Source: an uncultured Pseudomonadota bacterium | GTDB taxonomy: Bacteria; Myxococcota_A; Polyangia; Fen-1088 | Direction of reading: 5' to 3' | Assembly (NCBI GenBank): GCA_963847705.1 | Contig: CAWKBC010000002.1 | Coordinates: 1-57,673 of the forward strand | DNA: 57,673 nucleotides | Shown here: one piece after another, positions 9,319 to 19,250 of the stretch | Numbering within the stretch: position 1 is the stretch's first letter | Layout of the letters: each line of letters opens with the position of its first letter | The notes under the pieces: model-generated | Told to the model about the DNA's origin: nothing | The model's input: only the letters and a program-made list of their open reading frames with translations | Databases searched by the model: none | Made by a program: the position numbers and the translations under genes

Positions 9319-10167
9319 TCAGATGATGCGAACGGCGCCGGCGCGGATCAGGCGCGCGGCGATCCGGAGCGCGTCGGTGGAACCGACGCCCGAGCCGTCG
9401 AACAGCTCTTCCAGGGTGCGCGCGCCGTCGATGCGCGCAATGAGCGCCCGTTCGCGTGCGCCCAGGCGGACCCGGGCGATCTCCGCGGCCCGCGGGGCCA
9501 GGACCGGAACGCCGACCAGCGGGCCCACGTAGGCGGCGAAGACCCGGGCCAAGAGCGGCCGCGCCGGCTCGATCACCTCGACGATGCCGGGCGGCGGCGC
9601 CTCGTCCGCCTCGTGCAACGCCCCCTCCGCCGCGTTCACCGCCGCGGTCAGATCCCCCTCGTCGAGCGCCGCACGCGCGATATCGATGAGCGCCGCCGCG
9701 CGCTGCCGCCAGGGGGCGATCCCTGCCTCGGCGGAGGTCACGCGCCCCGACCCCGAGCCGAGCGGCTGCTTGTCCGAGTCGCCCACCCGCCGGGTGTGCT
9801 GCTCGGCGTCGTCCTCTGCCTCGCCCAGCCGGCGGGTGCGCTGGTCGGGCGCCGCCGGATCGCGAGCGGCGCGAACGGCCCCCGACATCGTCCCATGCAC
9901 CGGCGTGAGATCATTGCCTTGCTTGCCGGAGAGCATGTCCTCGGCGATCTGGGCCGGAATTCCCGACGTCAAAGTAATCCGGCGATCGCGCGACAGGTCG
10001 ACCTGCGCCGTGTCGAGCGCCCCGCCGATCTCGTGCGGCTTGCCGCCGGTGTCCTCGGCGTCGAAGGGGGCCACGTCGATGTCCTCGGCGAGCTGAGACT
10101 CGTCGTCGGGCCCGAGCTCCTCGGTCCGGGGGCGGCCCGGTCGGCGCGCGTCCTGGGTCGCCCCCAC
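9319..10167 (-). CDS. Hypothetical protein with acidic disordered N-half and myxobacterial-type C-terminal winged-helix-like domain
   Basis: C-terminal LGARERALIARIDGARTLEELFDGSGVGSTDALRIAARLIRAGAV. Confidence 0.65.
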   Translation of the reverse strand: MGATQDARRPGRPRTEELGPDDESQLAEDIDVAPFDAEDTGGKPHEIGGALDTAQVDLSRDRRITLTSGIPAQIAEDMLSGKQGNDLTPVHGTMSGAVRAARDPAAPDQRTRRLGEAEDDAEQHTRRVGDSDKQPLGSGSGRVTSAEAGIAPWRQRAAALIDIARAALDEGDLTAAVNAAEGALHEADEAPPPGIVEVIEPARPLLARVFAAYVGPLVGVPVLAPRAAEIARVRLGARERALIARIDGARTLEELFDGSGVGSTDALRIAARLIRAGAVRII

Positions 10168-10260
10168 GAGAATCGGGAGCAGATCCCTCTCGGGGTTTCA
10201 TTCCTTCCCTGTTTCGGCAGCCGGCGCCGCGGTCTTGAGCGCCCGCCGCGCCGAGCCCAA

Positions 10261-10286
10261 GCAACCGGATCGCCGCCCGGCCCGAT
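10261..10286 (+). promoter_or_regulatory. Candidate ECF-sigma promoter GCAAC-N17-CGAT
   Basis: AAC -35 and CG -10 spacing typical of ECF promoters, about 45 bp upstream of the lipoprotein gene. Confidence 0.35.
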
Positions 10287-10329
10287 ACGAGCGCATTCGC
10301 ATCACACCCACAAAACAGGAGACAAGATC

Positions 10330-10815
10330 ATGCGGAATTCATTCAAGACTTTGCTGGTGGCCACGCTCTTGACCGCTGGAGCCTGCGGCGGCGGATCGGA
10401 CGGGAAGGATCTGGCAGCATTCGTCGGCGTCTGGACCCCGACGTCGGGCAACATCACGTACACCTGTGCCGGCCAATCGGTCACCTCCCCGAGCACTGCG
10501 ATGACCTGGGCAGAGGGCACGTCCTCTGATCTGATCCAGACCGTTCCAGGCTCGTCCTGCGTCATGCACGCCGACATCGCGGCCAACACCGCCACGGAGA
10601 CCGGAACGCAGACCTGCGTGGTCTCGACCACCAACGACTACGGCGACGCGATCACCGAGTCCTTCTCCTTCACCGCCTACACCTTCGTGCTCGGCTCGGA
10701 CGGAAAAACCGCCACGGAGAACTTCTCGGGAACGCTGCTCGAGACCGACGACACGGTCGGGACCAGCACGACCTGCACCATGTCGGAGACCGGCGCGTCG
10801 TATCAGAAGCAGTAG
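10330..10815 (+). CDS. Lipoprotein, beta-rich (lipocalin-like pattern)
   Basis: SD AGGAG; MRNSFKTLLVATLLTAGAC lipobox; FVGVW motif; Cys pairs. Confidence 0.8.
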   Translation: MRNSFKTLLVATLLTAGACGGGSDGKDLAAFVGVWTPTSGNITYTCAGQSVTSPSTAMTWAEGTSSDLIQTVPGSSCVMHADIAANTATETGTQTCVVSTTNDYGDAITESFSFTAYTFVLGSDGKTATENFSGTLLETDDTVGTSTTCTMSETGASYQKQ

Positions 10816-10843
10816 GTTGGCGGAGGGCCCGAGCTCCGTGCGC

Positions 10844-11812
10844 CTACGGGATCAGGAGCTCGAGCAGCGCCTTTTGCGCGTGCAGGCGATTTTCAGCCTG
10901 CTGCCAGACGGCGCTGGCCGGCCCTTCGATCACCTCGTCGGTGATCTCCTCGCCGCGGTGGGCGGGGAGGCAGTGCAGGACAATGGCGTCGGGGTGGGCG
11001 CTCCGCATGAGGGCCGTGTCGATGGCGTAGCCGGCGAAGGCCGCCCGGCGCGCCTCGGCCTCGGCCTCCTGGCCCATGGAGGCGAAGACGTCGGTGGAAA
11101 TGACCTGGCGCCCGGCGGCTGCCTCGGCCGGATCGCGGACCACGGTGATGCGCCCGCGCTTGCCGGCGCGCGCCCGCGCCAGGACGCCAGGATCGGGGTC
11201 ATACCCGGCCGGACAGGCGAGCGCCAGATCGAGGCCGAGAATGCCGGCCGCCTCAATCCAGGAGTTGGCCATGTTGTTGCCGTCGCCGATCCAGGCGTAG
11301 CTGACCGAGCGGAGGGTCCGGCCGGGATCACCGATCGCGCCGCCGGCGGCGCCACCGCTGGCGCCAAACCGCTGCACGACAGTCTGCAGGTCGGCCAGCA
11401 CCTGACAGGGGTGCATGAGATCGGTGAGCCCGTTGATGACCGGCACCTTCGCGAAGCGGGACATCTCCTCGGCGCGGTCGTGGCCGAAGGTGCGGACCAT
11501 GATGCCGTGGCAGTAGCCGGAGAGGACGCGCGCCGTGTCCTTGAGCGGCTCACCCCGTTCGAGCTGCGACCCCTGCAGGCCGAGGTAGAGCGCGTGTCCG
11601 CCGAGATCGTACATGGCGATCTCGAAGCTGGCGCGCGTGCGGGTCGAGGCCTTCTCGAACACCATCCCCAGCACCCGGCCGGGCCGCGTGGTGTGCGGCG
11701 TGCGCGCCGCCCGCAGCGCGCGCAGCTCCTCGGCGCGGCGAATGAGCGCCTCGATCCCGCCGGCCGGCAGATCGTCGAAGGCCAGGAAGCGCTTCACTTG
11801 CCCCTCGCTCAT
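10844..11812 (-). CDS. argF: Ornithine carbamoyltransferase
   Basis: FEKASTRTR, HPCQVLAD, GDGNNMANS, HCLPAHRGEE, QAENRLH. Confidence 0.96.
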   Translation of the reverse strand: MSEGQVKRFLAFDDLPAGGIEALIRRAEELRALRAARTPHTTRPGRVLGMVFEKASTRTRASFEIAMYDLGGHALYLGLQGSQLERGEPLKDTARVLSGYCHGIMVRTFGHDRAEEMSRFAKVPVINGLTDLMHPCQVLADLQTVVQRFGASGGAAGGAIGDPGRTLRSVSYAWIGDGNNMANSWIEAAGILGLDLALACPAGYDPDPGVLARARAGKRGRITVVRDPAEAAAGRQVISTDVFASMGQEAEAEARRAAFAGYAIDTALMRSAHPDAIVLHCLPAHRGEEITDEVIEGPASAVWQQAENRLHAQKALLELLIP

Positions 11813-13011
11813 CGCGACTCCTCGAGCACCGCATCCAGGATCTCGATCGCCTCGTCGATCTCCGCGCGGTTGACCACCAGGGGCGGCACCAGCCGCACGA
11901 CGTTCCCGCCGGCGACGGAGAGCAAAAGACCGTGCGCGCGCGCACGCACCACGATGTCGCTCGGATCGCCGTCGATGATCAGACCCTGGAGGAGTCCTCG
12001 GCCACGGGCGCCGCGCGTCTTCGGACGCCGCCGCTCGGCCAGCCGCAACAACGACGATCCCAGATAGGCGCCGACCTCGCGGCAATGATCGAGGAGGCCA
12101 AGCTCGTCGATCGCCCGCTGCACGTAGAGCGCGGCGGCGGTGGCGAAGGGGTTGCCGCCGAATGTCGAGGCGTGCGTCCCCGGCTCGAAGCCGCGGCCGA
12201 CCTCCTCGTTTGCCAGCATGGCCCCGATCGGGATCCCGCCCGCCAGCCCTTTGGCCAGCGTCACCACGTCGGGGACCACCCCCTCGCCCTCGAACGCATA
12301 GAAGGTGCCGGTGCGGCCGCTGCCGGTCTGGATCTCGTCGAAGATCAGCACCGTTCCCGTGTCGCTGCAGGTGCGCCGCAGCTCCTGCAGGTAGCCGGGC
12401 GGCGGCAGGTTGATCCCCCCCTCGGCCTGGATCGGTTCGACGATCACCGCGCAGGTCTTGTCGGTGATCCCGGCGCGCGCGGCGGCCACGTCGCCGAACG
12501 GCAGGAAGCGCACCGGGCCGACCAGCGGGCCGAAGCCTTCGCGGTACTTGGCCTGCCCGGTGACGCTGAGCGCGCCGAAGGTCCGGCCGTGAAAGCTCTG
12601 CTCGAACGCCACCAGCTCGACGCGCTCCGGTTGCTTCTTGGTCACCACCTGATAGCGGCGCGCCAGCTTCAGCGCCGCCTCGTTGGCCTCCGTGCCCGAG
12701 TTGCAGAGGAACGCCCGGCCGTGAAAGGCCCGGCGCGCCAGGGCCTCGACGAACTCCAACTGCGCCTCGATGTAGTAGAGGTTGGAGACGTGAATCAGGC
12801 GCCGGGCCTGGGAGGCGATGGCCTCCGCCAGGCCGGCGTGGCCGTGCCCCAGCATCGACACCGCGATGCCGGCCGTCATATCGAGGTAGCGGCGCCCCTC
12901 GACGTCGAACAGCGCGCACCCTTCTCCGCGTGCCATGATCACGGGCGCCTGGCGGTAGTTGTTGAGGAGCAGGCGGCGCCCCCTCTCGACGAGATCGTCT
13001 TGCTGCGACAT
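11809..13011 (-). CDS. argD: Acetylornithine aminotransferase
   Basis: FHGRT, VEPIQAEGG, FDEIQTGSGRTG, TLAKGLAGG, HASTFGGNP; coupled to argF. Confidence 0.93.
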   Translation of the reverse strand: MSQQDDLVERGRRLLLNNYRQAPVIMARGEGCALFDVEGRRYLDMTAGIAVSMLGHGHAGLAEAIASQARRLIHVSNLYYIEAQLEFVEALARRAFHGRAFLCNSGTEANEAALKLARRYQVVTKKQPERVELVAFEQSFHGRTFGALSVTGQAKYREGFGPLVGPVRFLPFGDVAAARAGITDKTCAVIVEPIQAEGGINLPPPGYLQELRRTCSDTGTVLIFDEIQTGSGRTGTFYAFEGEGVVPDVVTLAKGLAGGIPIGAMLANEEVGRGFEPGTHASTFGGNPFATAAALYVQRAIDELGLLDHCREVGAYLGSSLLRLAERRRPKTRGARGRGLLQGLIIDGDPSDIVVRARAHGLLLSVAGGNVVRLVPPLVVNRAEIDEAIEILDAVLEESR

Positions 13012-13100
13012 CGCCCGACTCTACCCGGCGTGCGCCCGCGAGCAAGAGCGACCAGCTAAACCCGGCCGGGGGGGCAGGCGAACCCCCGTCCGTGTCAAAA

Positions 13101-13116
13101 AGCGGCGCTTGTGCCA
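13101..13116 (-). promoter_or_regulatory. Possible sigma54 -24/-12 element upstream of argD
   Basis: Minus strand TGGCACAAGCGCCGCT (GG-N10-GC); -12 half is weak. Confidence 0.3.
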
Positions 13117-13145
13117 TGGTCAGCAACGCTTACGTTGGGGCAACC

Positions 13146-14224
13146 ATGAAGCCGGCGCCGATCATCGTCAGGACGGCCACCGCCGTTCCGGGGCACAGCG
13201 CCACCCAGGACGAGGTGAAGGAGCGGCTGCGCGCGCTGCTCCCGCTGCCGGCCCGCAAGCTCGACGCGGTGATGGAGCTGTTCGATCACACCGCCGTCGA
13301 ACGCCGCTTCAGCGTGGAGCCGCTGTCGGCGCTGGGAGATCCGCGCGGGCTCGGCGAGGTGCAGCGCCTCTATCGCGAGAACGCCATCGCGCTCGGGAAA
13401 AAGGTGGCCGCGGAGGCGCTGGCCGGCGCCGGCGTCGAAGCGCGTGACATCGACCTCATCGTCACCACGTCCTGCACGGGGATCATGATCCCCTCGCTCG
13501 ACGCGCACCTCTGCAACGAGCTCGGGTTTCGCGCCGACGTGCGCCGGCTGCCGATCACCGCGCTCGGCTGCTCGGGCGGGGCCGCCGCGCTGGCGCGCGC
13601 GCATGACTTTCTGGTCGGGTTTCCCGAGGCCCGCGCGCTGGTGGTGGCCGTCGAGCTGCCCAGCCTGAGCATCCAGCGGACCGACCTGTCGCTGGCCAAC
13701 CTGGTGTCGACCGCGCTGTTCGGCGACGGCGCAGCGGCAGCCGTCCTCGAGGGCGGGCTGCGGGGGGACGCCCGGCCCGCGGGAACCGGGGTGCGCGTCC
13801 TCGAGACCCTGGCGCATCTGTTCCCGCGCTCCGAGTACGCGCTGGGGTTCGATCTGCAGGACGACGGATTCCACTCCGTCCTCTCCAAGGACGTCCCCGG
13901 GCTCATCAAGAGCGAGATCGCGCGCCTGGTGCGGACGCTGGCGGCGCGGCGAGAGCTCACGCGCGAGAAGCTCTCCTGCTTCGTGCTCCACCCGGGCGGG
14001 CGGAAATCCTGGCCTTCATCGAAGAGGAGCTGGGGCTTCGGCGCGACGACACCGAGGCGTCGTGGGAGATCCTGCGCGACTTCGGCAACCAGTCGAGCGC
14101 CTCGGTGCTGTTCGTGCTGCATGCGTGGCTCACCAGGCGGAATCCGCCGGCAGACGCCTACGGGATCCTGGCCGCCTTCGGCCCCGGCCTCTCGACCGAG
14201 ATGCTGCTCTTGCAGTGGAGCTGA
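13146..14224 (+). CDS. Type III polyketide synthase; 1-bp deletion frameshift near 14005
   Basis: Triad Cys (LGCSGG), His (HPGG), Asn (FGNQSS, shifted frame); adding one A to cggaaatcc restores RKILAFIEEELG...FGPGLSTEMLLLQWS*. Confidence 0.92.
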
Positions 14225-14228
14225 ACGC

Positions 14229-14807
14229 GTGAGCTCGACGGCCTTCTTTCTCTGCCTGTGCGCCGCCGTCGGGGCCTGCCGCCTGATCGAGATGACGATC
14301 TCGCGCCGCCACCAGCGCGCGCTGGCCGCCCGGGGCGCGGCGCCGCTGCCGGAGCCGATCTTCGGGGCGATGGTGGCGCTCCACACCGGCGTCATCGCCG
14401 GCGCGGCGATCGAGGTGGTGGCGCTGCACCGTCCTTTCATCGCCGCCGTCGGCATTCCCGCCCTGGCGCTGGTGGTGCTGGCGAACCTGCTGCGCTTCTG
14501 GGTGATCGCCACGCTGGGCGTGCACTGGAACATTCGCGTGGTGGCCTCGATGCCGCTCGGCGTGGTGACCGCGGGTCCTTACCGCTTCGTCCGTCATCCG
14601 AACTACGTGGCCGTCTTCGTCGAGCTCCTGGCGCTGCCGCTCGTGCATGGCGCCTACCTGACGGCGGTTGCCGGCGCGCTGCTGCATCTGGCGATCCTGC
14701 AGCGCCGCGTGTCGCTGGAAGAGTCGGTGCTGATGGCCGACGAAGGCTACCGGCGCGCCTTCGCCGACAAACCGCGCTTCGTCCCCTGGCCACGGCCATG
14801 GCTGTAG
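14229..14807 (+). CDS. Isoprenylcysteine carboxyl methyltransferase family protein (SrsB/BpsB-like)
   Basis: MVALH, LRFWVIATLGVHWNIRV, GPYRFVRHPNY, LEESVL. Confidence 0.9.
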   Translation: MSSTAFFLCLCAAVGACRLIEMTISRRHQRALAARGAAPLPEPIFGAMVALHTGVIAGAAIEVVALHRPFIAAVGIPALALVVLANLLRFWVIATLGVHWNIRVVASMPLGVVTAGPYRFVRHPNYVAVFVELLALPLVHGAYLTAVAGALLHLAILQRRVSLEESVLMADEGYRRAFADKPRFVPWPRPWL

Positions 14808-16075
14808 ACGTCGTCGTCGCAGGCGGGGGACCGGCCGGGGCGACGCTGGCCATCCTGCTGGGCCGCGCCGGCCTGCGCGTCGACGTCTACGACGCCCGGC
14901 GGTTTCCCCGCGAGAAGCCCTGCGGCGAAGGAATCATGCCGGGCGGCGTGGCGGTGCTCGGGCGCCTCGGGTTGCGCGAGGCCGTGGGCGGGCGCGCGCT
15001 CTCCGCCGTTCGCTATCACGGGTTCGGCCTCACCGCCGCGGCCCCGTTTGCCTCGTCCGGTCATCCGGACAGGACCGCGCTGGCGCAGCGACGGCTCCGG
15101 TTGGACGACGCGCTCATCGGCGCGGCCCGGGCGACGCCCGGCGTCTGCCTGCACGAGGACGCCCCCGTCGAGGGGGTGGAGCTCGAGAACGGGCGGGCCG
15201 TCGGCCTGCGCGTGGGAGGCGAGATCCGGCGCGCCGCCCTGGTCGTCGGCGCCGACGGGCTCGAGTCTCCGGTCCGGCGCTCGCTGGGGCTCGAGGTCGC
15301 CGCGCGCGCCGCGGGACGCTCCGGCGTGCGAATGCACTTTCGCCTGGCGCCCGGACGCACGCTCGCCGACAACCTGGAGATCTTCGTCGGCCGCGGCCAC
15401 GAGCTCTACGCCGCCCCGCTGCCCGACGGCGAGCTGTTGCTGGCGGGGCTCGGCGACGAGCGGGCGCTCGGTGGCAGCGCGCGCGCCGCGCTCGCGCGCT
15501 GGATCGCCGCCGAGCCGTTCCTTCGTGACGTTCTCGAGGGCGCCGAGCCGCTCACGGCGCCAGCCGGGCGCGCGCGGGTGGCCCGCCGCGCACGCGCCGG
15601 GTTCGCGCCGGGCGCGGTGCTGCTCGGCGACGCCGCCCGCGCCAGCGACCCGCTGACCGCCGGCGGGATCTCCCACGCGCTCGCCACCGCCGAGCTGCTG
15701 GCGGCCTTCGTGCCGCGCTATCTGGCGGAGGGGGACCGCGCGCTCGCCCGCTTCGAGCGCGCGCGACACCGCCTGCTGCGGCCGCACGACTGGCTGACGC
15801 GCGCGCTCGTGCAGGTGGTTCACCGGCCGCTGCTGGCACACGCCACGCTTCTTTCGATGCGCGCGCTGCCGCCCGTGATGCGGCGGCTGATGAAGGTGGC
15901 GGGGGCCGCCGGCCTTCATCCCATTGCCGCTGCCCCTGCCCCCGCGGTCTCGGCTGCGCCCACGCGCGCCATCGATCAAAGCGTGGCGACCGCCGCCAGC
16001 TCGACCCCGGCGCTGGCGACGAGCAGCGCCACCGCCCAGAACGCGACGCTGCCCCAGCGCGCCGAGTCTCCGTAG
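14798..16075 (+). CDS. FAD-dependent oxidoreductase/hydroxylase (SrsC-like)
   Basis: VAGGGPAG, FPREKPCGEG, GADGLESPVR, LLGDAA..DPLTAGG; last 100 bp overlap the convergent UbiA gene. Confidence 0.88.
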   Translation: MAVDVVVAGGGPAGATLAILLGRAGLRVDVYDARRFPREKPCGEGIMPGGVAVLGRLGLREAVGGRALSAVRYHGFGLTAAAPFASSGHPDRTALAQRRLRLDDALIGAARATPGVCLHEDAPVEGVELENGRAVGLRVGGEIRRAALVVGADGLESPVRRSLGLEVAARAAGRSGVRMHFRLAPGRTLADNLEIFVGRGHELYAAPLPDGELLLAGLGDERALGGSARAALARWIAAEPFLRDVLEGAEPLTAPAGRARVARRARAGFAPGAVLLGDAARASDPLTAGGISHALATAELLAAFVPRYLAEGDRALARFERARHRLLRPHDWLTRALVQVVHRPLLAHATLLSMRALPPVMRRLMKVAGAAGLHPIAAAPAPAVSAAPTRAIDQSVATAASSTPALATSSATAQNATLPQRAESP

Positions 16076-16887
16076 GCGCCGCGCGCAACGCGCACCGACT
16101 GCCAGATTGCGACGGGTGCCAGCAGAACAGGCGCCGCGGCCACGCGCGCCGGAAGCCCCGCGCGCGCCAGGAGCGGCAGCGCTCCGAAGGCCGCCAGCGT
16201 CGTCGCCGCATAGAGCCGCGCCGCCGGCAGCGCGCCCAGCCGCACGACCAGCGTCCGCTTGCCGACCGCGGCGTCACCCGCGGCGTCGGGAAACTCGATC
16301 GCCAGCAACATCGCGAACTGGAGCGCGCAAGGCAGCGCCGCTGCAAAGAAGATCGGCGCGGCCAGCGCGCCCGCCTGGAGGTCGTAGCCGAGGAGGGGGA
16401 CCAGCAGCGTCACCACCAGCGCCGTCGTCAGCTCGCCCAGCCCTCGCGCGCAGAGCCGCAAGGGCGGCGCGCTGTAGCCCCAGGCGAGCCCGATCATCGC
16501 CGCCGAGAGCAGCAGCGGCCCCGCGCCCACCCGGCGCTCCGGCACGACCGCCAGGCTGACCGCCGCGCCCGCGGCGACGACCAACAACACCCGCGACGCG
16601 CGCAGCGCCACCACGGGCGAAAGTGCGCCCTCGGGCAGGATCCGGCTGCCCCCGGACCAGCGCGTCGGCGTCCGGTTCGCGCGGTCGGCCTCCAGATCGA
16701 AGTAGTCGTTGGCGTAGTGGGTCATGAGCTGCGTGGCCGTCACGACCAGCTGCCCCCACACATAGCGCCACGGGTCGAAGGCGGCGCCGCCGGCCACCGC
16801 CAGCGCGCCGCCCAACCCGTAGAGCACGAATCCACCGACGAGAAACTGCGGCCGGCCCAGCCTCACGAACGCGACGAGCCGCCGCAC
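15976..16887 (-). CDS. UbiA/MenA-family prenyltransferase
   Basis: HYANDYFDLEAD, YSAPPLRL..RGLGEL, EFPDAAGDAAVGKRTLVVRLG; multiple TMs. Confidence 0.9.
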   Translation of the reverse strand: MRRLVAFVRLGRPQFLVGGFVLYGLGGALAVAGGAAFDPWRYVWGQLVVTATQLMTHYANDYFDLEADRANRTPTRWSGGSRILPEGALSPVVALRASRVLLVVAAGAAVSLAVVPERRVGAGPLLLSAAMIGLAWGYSAPPLRLCARGLGELTTALVVTLLVPLLGYDLQAGALAAPIFFAAALPCALQFAMLLAIEFPDAAGDAAVGKRTLVVRLGALPAARLYAATTLAAFGALPLLARAGLPARVAAAPVLLAPVAIWQSVRVARGAYGDSARWGSVAFWAVALLVASAGVELAAVATL

Positions 16888-16897
16888 GGCGGAGACC

Positions 16898-17425
16898 TTA
16901 CTTCACGACGCCGCAGGCAATGCGCGCGCCGCCGCCGCCGAGCGGCTTCGGGGTGTCGCTGTAGTTGTCGCCGCCCTCGTGAATCATCAGCGACTTTCCT
17001 TGAAAGTCGGCCAGGGTGAGCCCTTTGACCTCCAGCTTGTCCTTGGCCTCGCCCTTGTCGGAGACGACCAGCTTCGGCAGGTCACCCCTGTGCCCGCCGC
17101 CGCCCGGCCCCTTGTGCGCCTTGGTGGCGTCCGGGTCGAAGTGCCCGCCCGCCGCCTGGGCGGCAGTCTTCTTGCCGTCCTTGTCGGCCGGGTCACAGCT
17201 CGGCTTCTCGTGGATGTGAAACCCGTGCTCACCCGGCGCGAGCCCCTTCAGCTTCGGCTCGAGGGTGACGCCATCCTTGCCTTGCTTGACGGTGATCGTC
17301 CCGATCGACTTTCCGACGCCGTCGGTCGTGACGGTGTTCATGGTCACTTTGACCGATTTCGCGGCCTGGGCGGCGGAACCGCCCACCAAAAGCAACGCAA
17401 CAGCAACAAACCGAATCGTTTTCAT
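16898..17425 (-). CDS. sodC: Periplasmic Cu/Zn superoxide dismutase
   Basis: Signal peptide; HGFHIH, GGHFDP, HKGP, HRGDLP, MIHEGGDNY, GARIACGV. Confidence 0.96.
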   Translation of the reverse strand: MKTIRFVAVALLLVGGSAAQAAKSVKVTMNTVTTDGVGKSIGTITVKQGKDGVTLEPKLKGLAPGEHGFHIHEKPSCDPADKDGKKTAAQAAGGHFDPDATKAHKGPGGGGHRGDLPKLVVSDKGEAKDKLEVKGLTLADFQGKSLMIHEGGDNYSDTPKPLGGGGARIACGVVK

Positions 17426-17481
17426 CGTGTCTCCTTTGGACTGTCGTTGGCTGTGAGATAATCATTCACGTTCCAGCCGCC

Positions 17482-17895
17482 ATGGAAGAAGAACCTGCAC
17501 AGCCCGGATCTGAACGACGAAGCTCCCAGCGCTTCACCACGCGCTCGCTCGTCGAAGTCCGCATCCCGACCTGGACCGCCCTCCAGGCGGTTTATACCGT
17601 GAACTTGTCGCTGGGCGGAATGCGCCTTTCGTTGGGCGCGCGCACGGCAATGGGGGCCCCGGTCGACATCATCATGACGTTGCCCGACGGGGAGCGACTG
17701 CACCTGCCGGGCAAGGTGGCCTACCTCGGCACCGGCGAGAGCGGCGACGTGGGCGTCCGCTTCGACGAGCTGGCCCCGTACACCCAGCTGCAAATCCAGA
17801 ATTACGTCGAGGAGCTGGCGGCCGGCCGCACGCCGAAGGTCCGCGAGCGGACCAAGAGCATTCCGCCCGGCGTCCTCATCAAGAAGACGACGTGA
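17482..17895 (+). CDS. PilZ domain protein
   Basis: ERRSSQRF (RxxxR) and NLSLGG (D/NxSxxG); GVRF. Confidence 0.88.
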   Translation: MEEEPAQPGSERRSSQRFTTRSLVEVRIPTWTALQAVYTVNLSLGGMRLSLGARTAMGAPVDIIMTLPDGERLHLPGKVAYLGTGESGDVGVRFDELAPYTQLQIQNYVEELAAGRTPKVRERTKSIPPGVLIKKTT

Positions 17896-19124
17896 GCCGG
17901 TGGCGCGCGCGCGGCGCCTGGACGTCCGCCGTCGTGCTCGCGGCTGTCGTCTCGCCCGCCGCGCAAGCGGCCGCCGACGATGACGAGCGCGTCAACGCCG
18001 CGCTCGTCGCCGCGCTGCCTGAGGACGGGGTCACCGACCTGGTGGTGATCGCGCAGCCGAGCGCGCCGGACGCCCCGCGCACCTGGAGCGCCACCCGCGT
18101 CGCCGCCTCGCCCGCCGCGATCAAGGACGTCCTGCTCGACCCCGCGCACTACCGCGCGCTGATCCCGGCGTTGATCAAATCGGAGCTCGAACGGTCGAAC
18201 CGAAGCGCCCCGATCGTCGACTGGGAGCTGGAGATCCCGCTCTTCAACCTGTCGGGGCGGATGGCGCTGCACAACCGGCCCGACGGCGTCACCATCGAGC
18301 TCTTCGAGGGGGACTTCGCGCCAGGGCGGCTCTCGTTCACGGTTGCGCCCGACCGGCGCGGCGGCGCGACGCTGGTCCTCGATGCGGTCCTCGACGTGAA
18401 GCGCTCGAGCTGGTTGCTCCGCCGCATCATCAAGCGCAGCCCCGTGGGGGAGCCGGCGGTCCTGGCCGCCGCGACGTACGTGGCCCTCCGCGCCGTCGCG
18501 CTGCGGGCCGAGCATCCGAGGGACGGCGACGCCTGGCGCCCGCGCTGCCCGGCGGCGCCGCCGCCGAGCTGGCTGCCCGATCCACGTCCGCTGGCGGGCG
18601 ATCTGCTGGCGCCGCTGCGCGCCCGGGGCGTGGTCGCCCTGGTCGCGCGCGCACCGGCCGAGCATCTAGCCGGCGTCGCCGCGGCCGTCACGCTCGACGC
18701 GCCCGCGCCCGCGGTGGCGGCGACCCTTCGCGTCCCGGCGTCGTGGCGCGCGTTTCCCGGCTGGGAGACGATCCAGGACCGCCCCGGTCCGAACGGGCCG
18801 GGCGCCGAGGTGAAAGACAATCTGCCGCTGGTCGACTTCGACGCCAGCTGGACTGCCCAGCCAGGCGCGACCGCGCGCTGGGTCGCGACGGCGGGCGCGA
18901 CGCGCGGCGCGCGCCTCGGCTGGGACGTCTATCCGAACACAGGGCGTGCGGGCGGCGCGGCCGGCTCAGTCGCTGCGCTCACCCTCTACCCGCGTCTCGA
19001 GACCACGGGCTCGATCGCGCGTCGCTTCATCGCGGCCGAGCCGCTGCTCGAAGAAGGGTTGTCGCTGGCGCTGGCCTTCGTCGACGCGGCAGGCGTGAAA
19101 GCGGCCCTGGGCACACCGCGCTGA
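17892..19124 (+). CDS. Exported protein with probable tandem SRPBCC/START-like domains
   Basis: Signal peptide; VAASPAAIKDVLLDPAHYRALIP and TLDAPAPAVAATLRVPASWRAFP repeat the SRPBCC start pattern. Confidence 0.6.
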   Translation: MSRWRARGAWTSAVVLAAVVSPAAQAAADDDERVNAALVAALPEDGVTDLVVIAQPSAPDAPRTWSATRVAASPAAIKDVLLDPAHYRALIPALIKSELERSNRSAPIVDWELEIPLFNLSGRMALHNRPDGVTIELFEGDFAPGRLSFTVAPDRRGGATLVLDAVLDVKRSSWLLRRIIKRSPVGEPAVLAAATYVALRAVALRAEHPRDGDAWRPRCPAAPPPSWLPDPRPLAGDLLAPLRARGVVALVARAPAEHLAGVAAAVTLDAPAPAVAATLRVPASWRAFPGWETIQDRPGPNGPGAEVKDNLPLVDFDASWTAQPGATARWVATAGATRGARLGWDVYPNTGRAGGAAGSVAALTLYPRLETTGSIARRFIAAEPLLEEGLSLALAFVDAAGVKAALGTPR

Positions 19125-19250
19125 TCCGGCAGGCCACGGAAATTCGAGGGGGATATCGCGCCGCAACATCGCCAGGCCCAGGCGGTGGGGCCCTTGTGGT
19201 GCCCCGACCTGGGACGATAATGGGCATGAGCCTTGCTGCTCTGGAGTCAC

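Noticed and set aside
13092-14807. Natural PKS-methyltransferase fusion protein (571-aa ORF)
   Set aside because: Arises from a 1-bp loss at about 14005; the true PKS C-terminus with the catalytic Asn is in another frame and the methyltransferase has its own GTG
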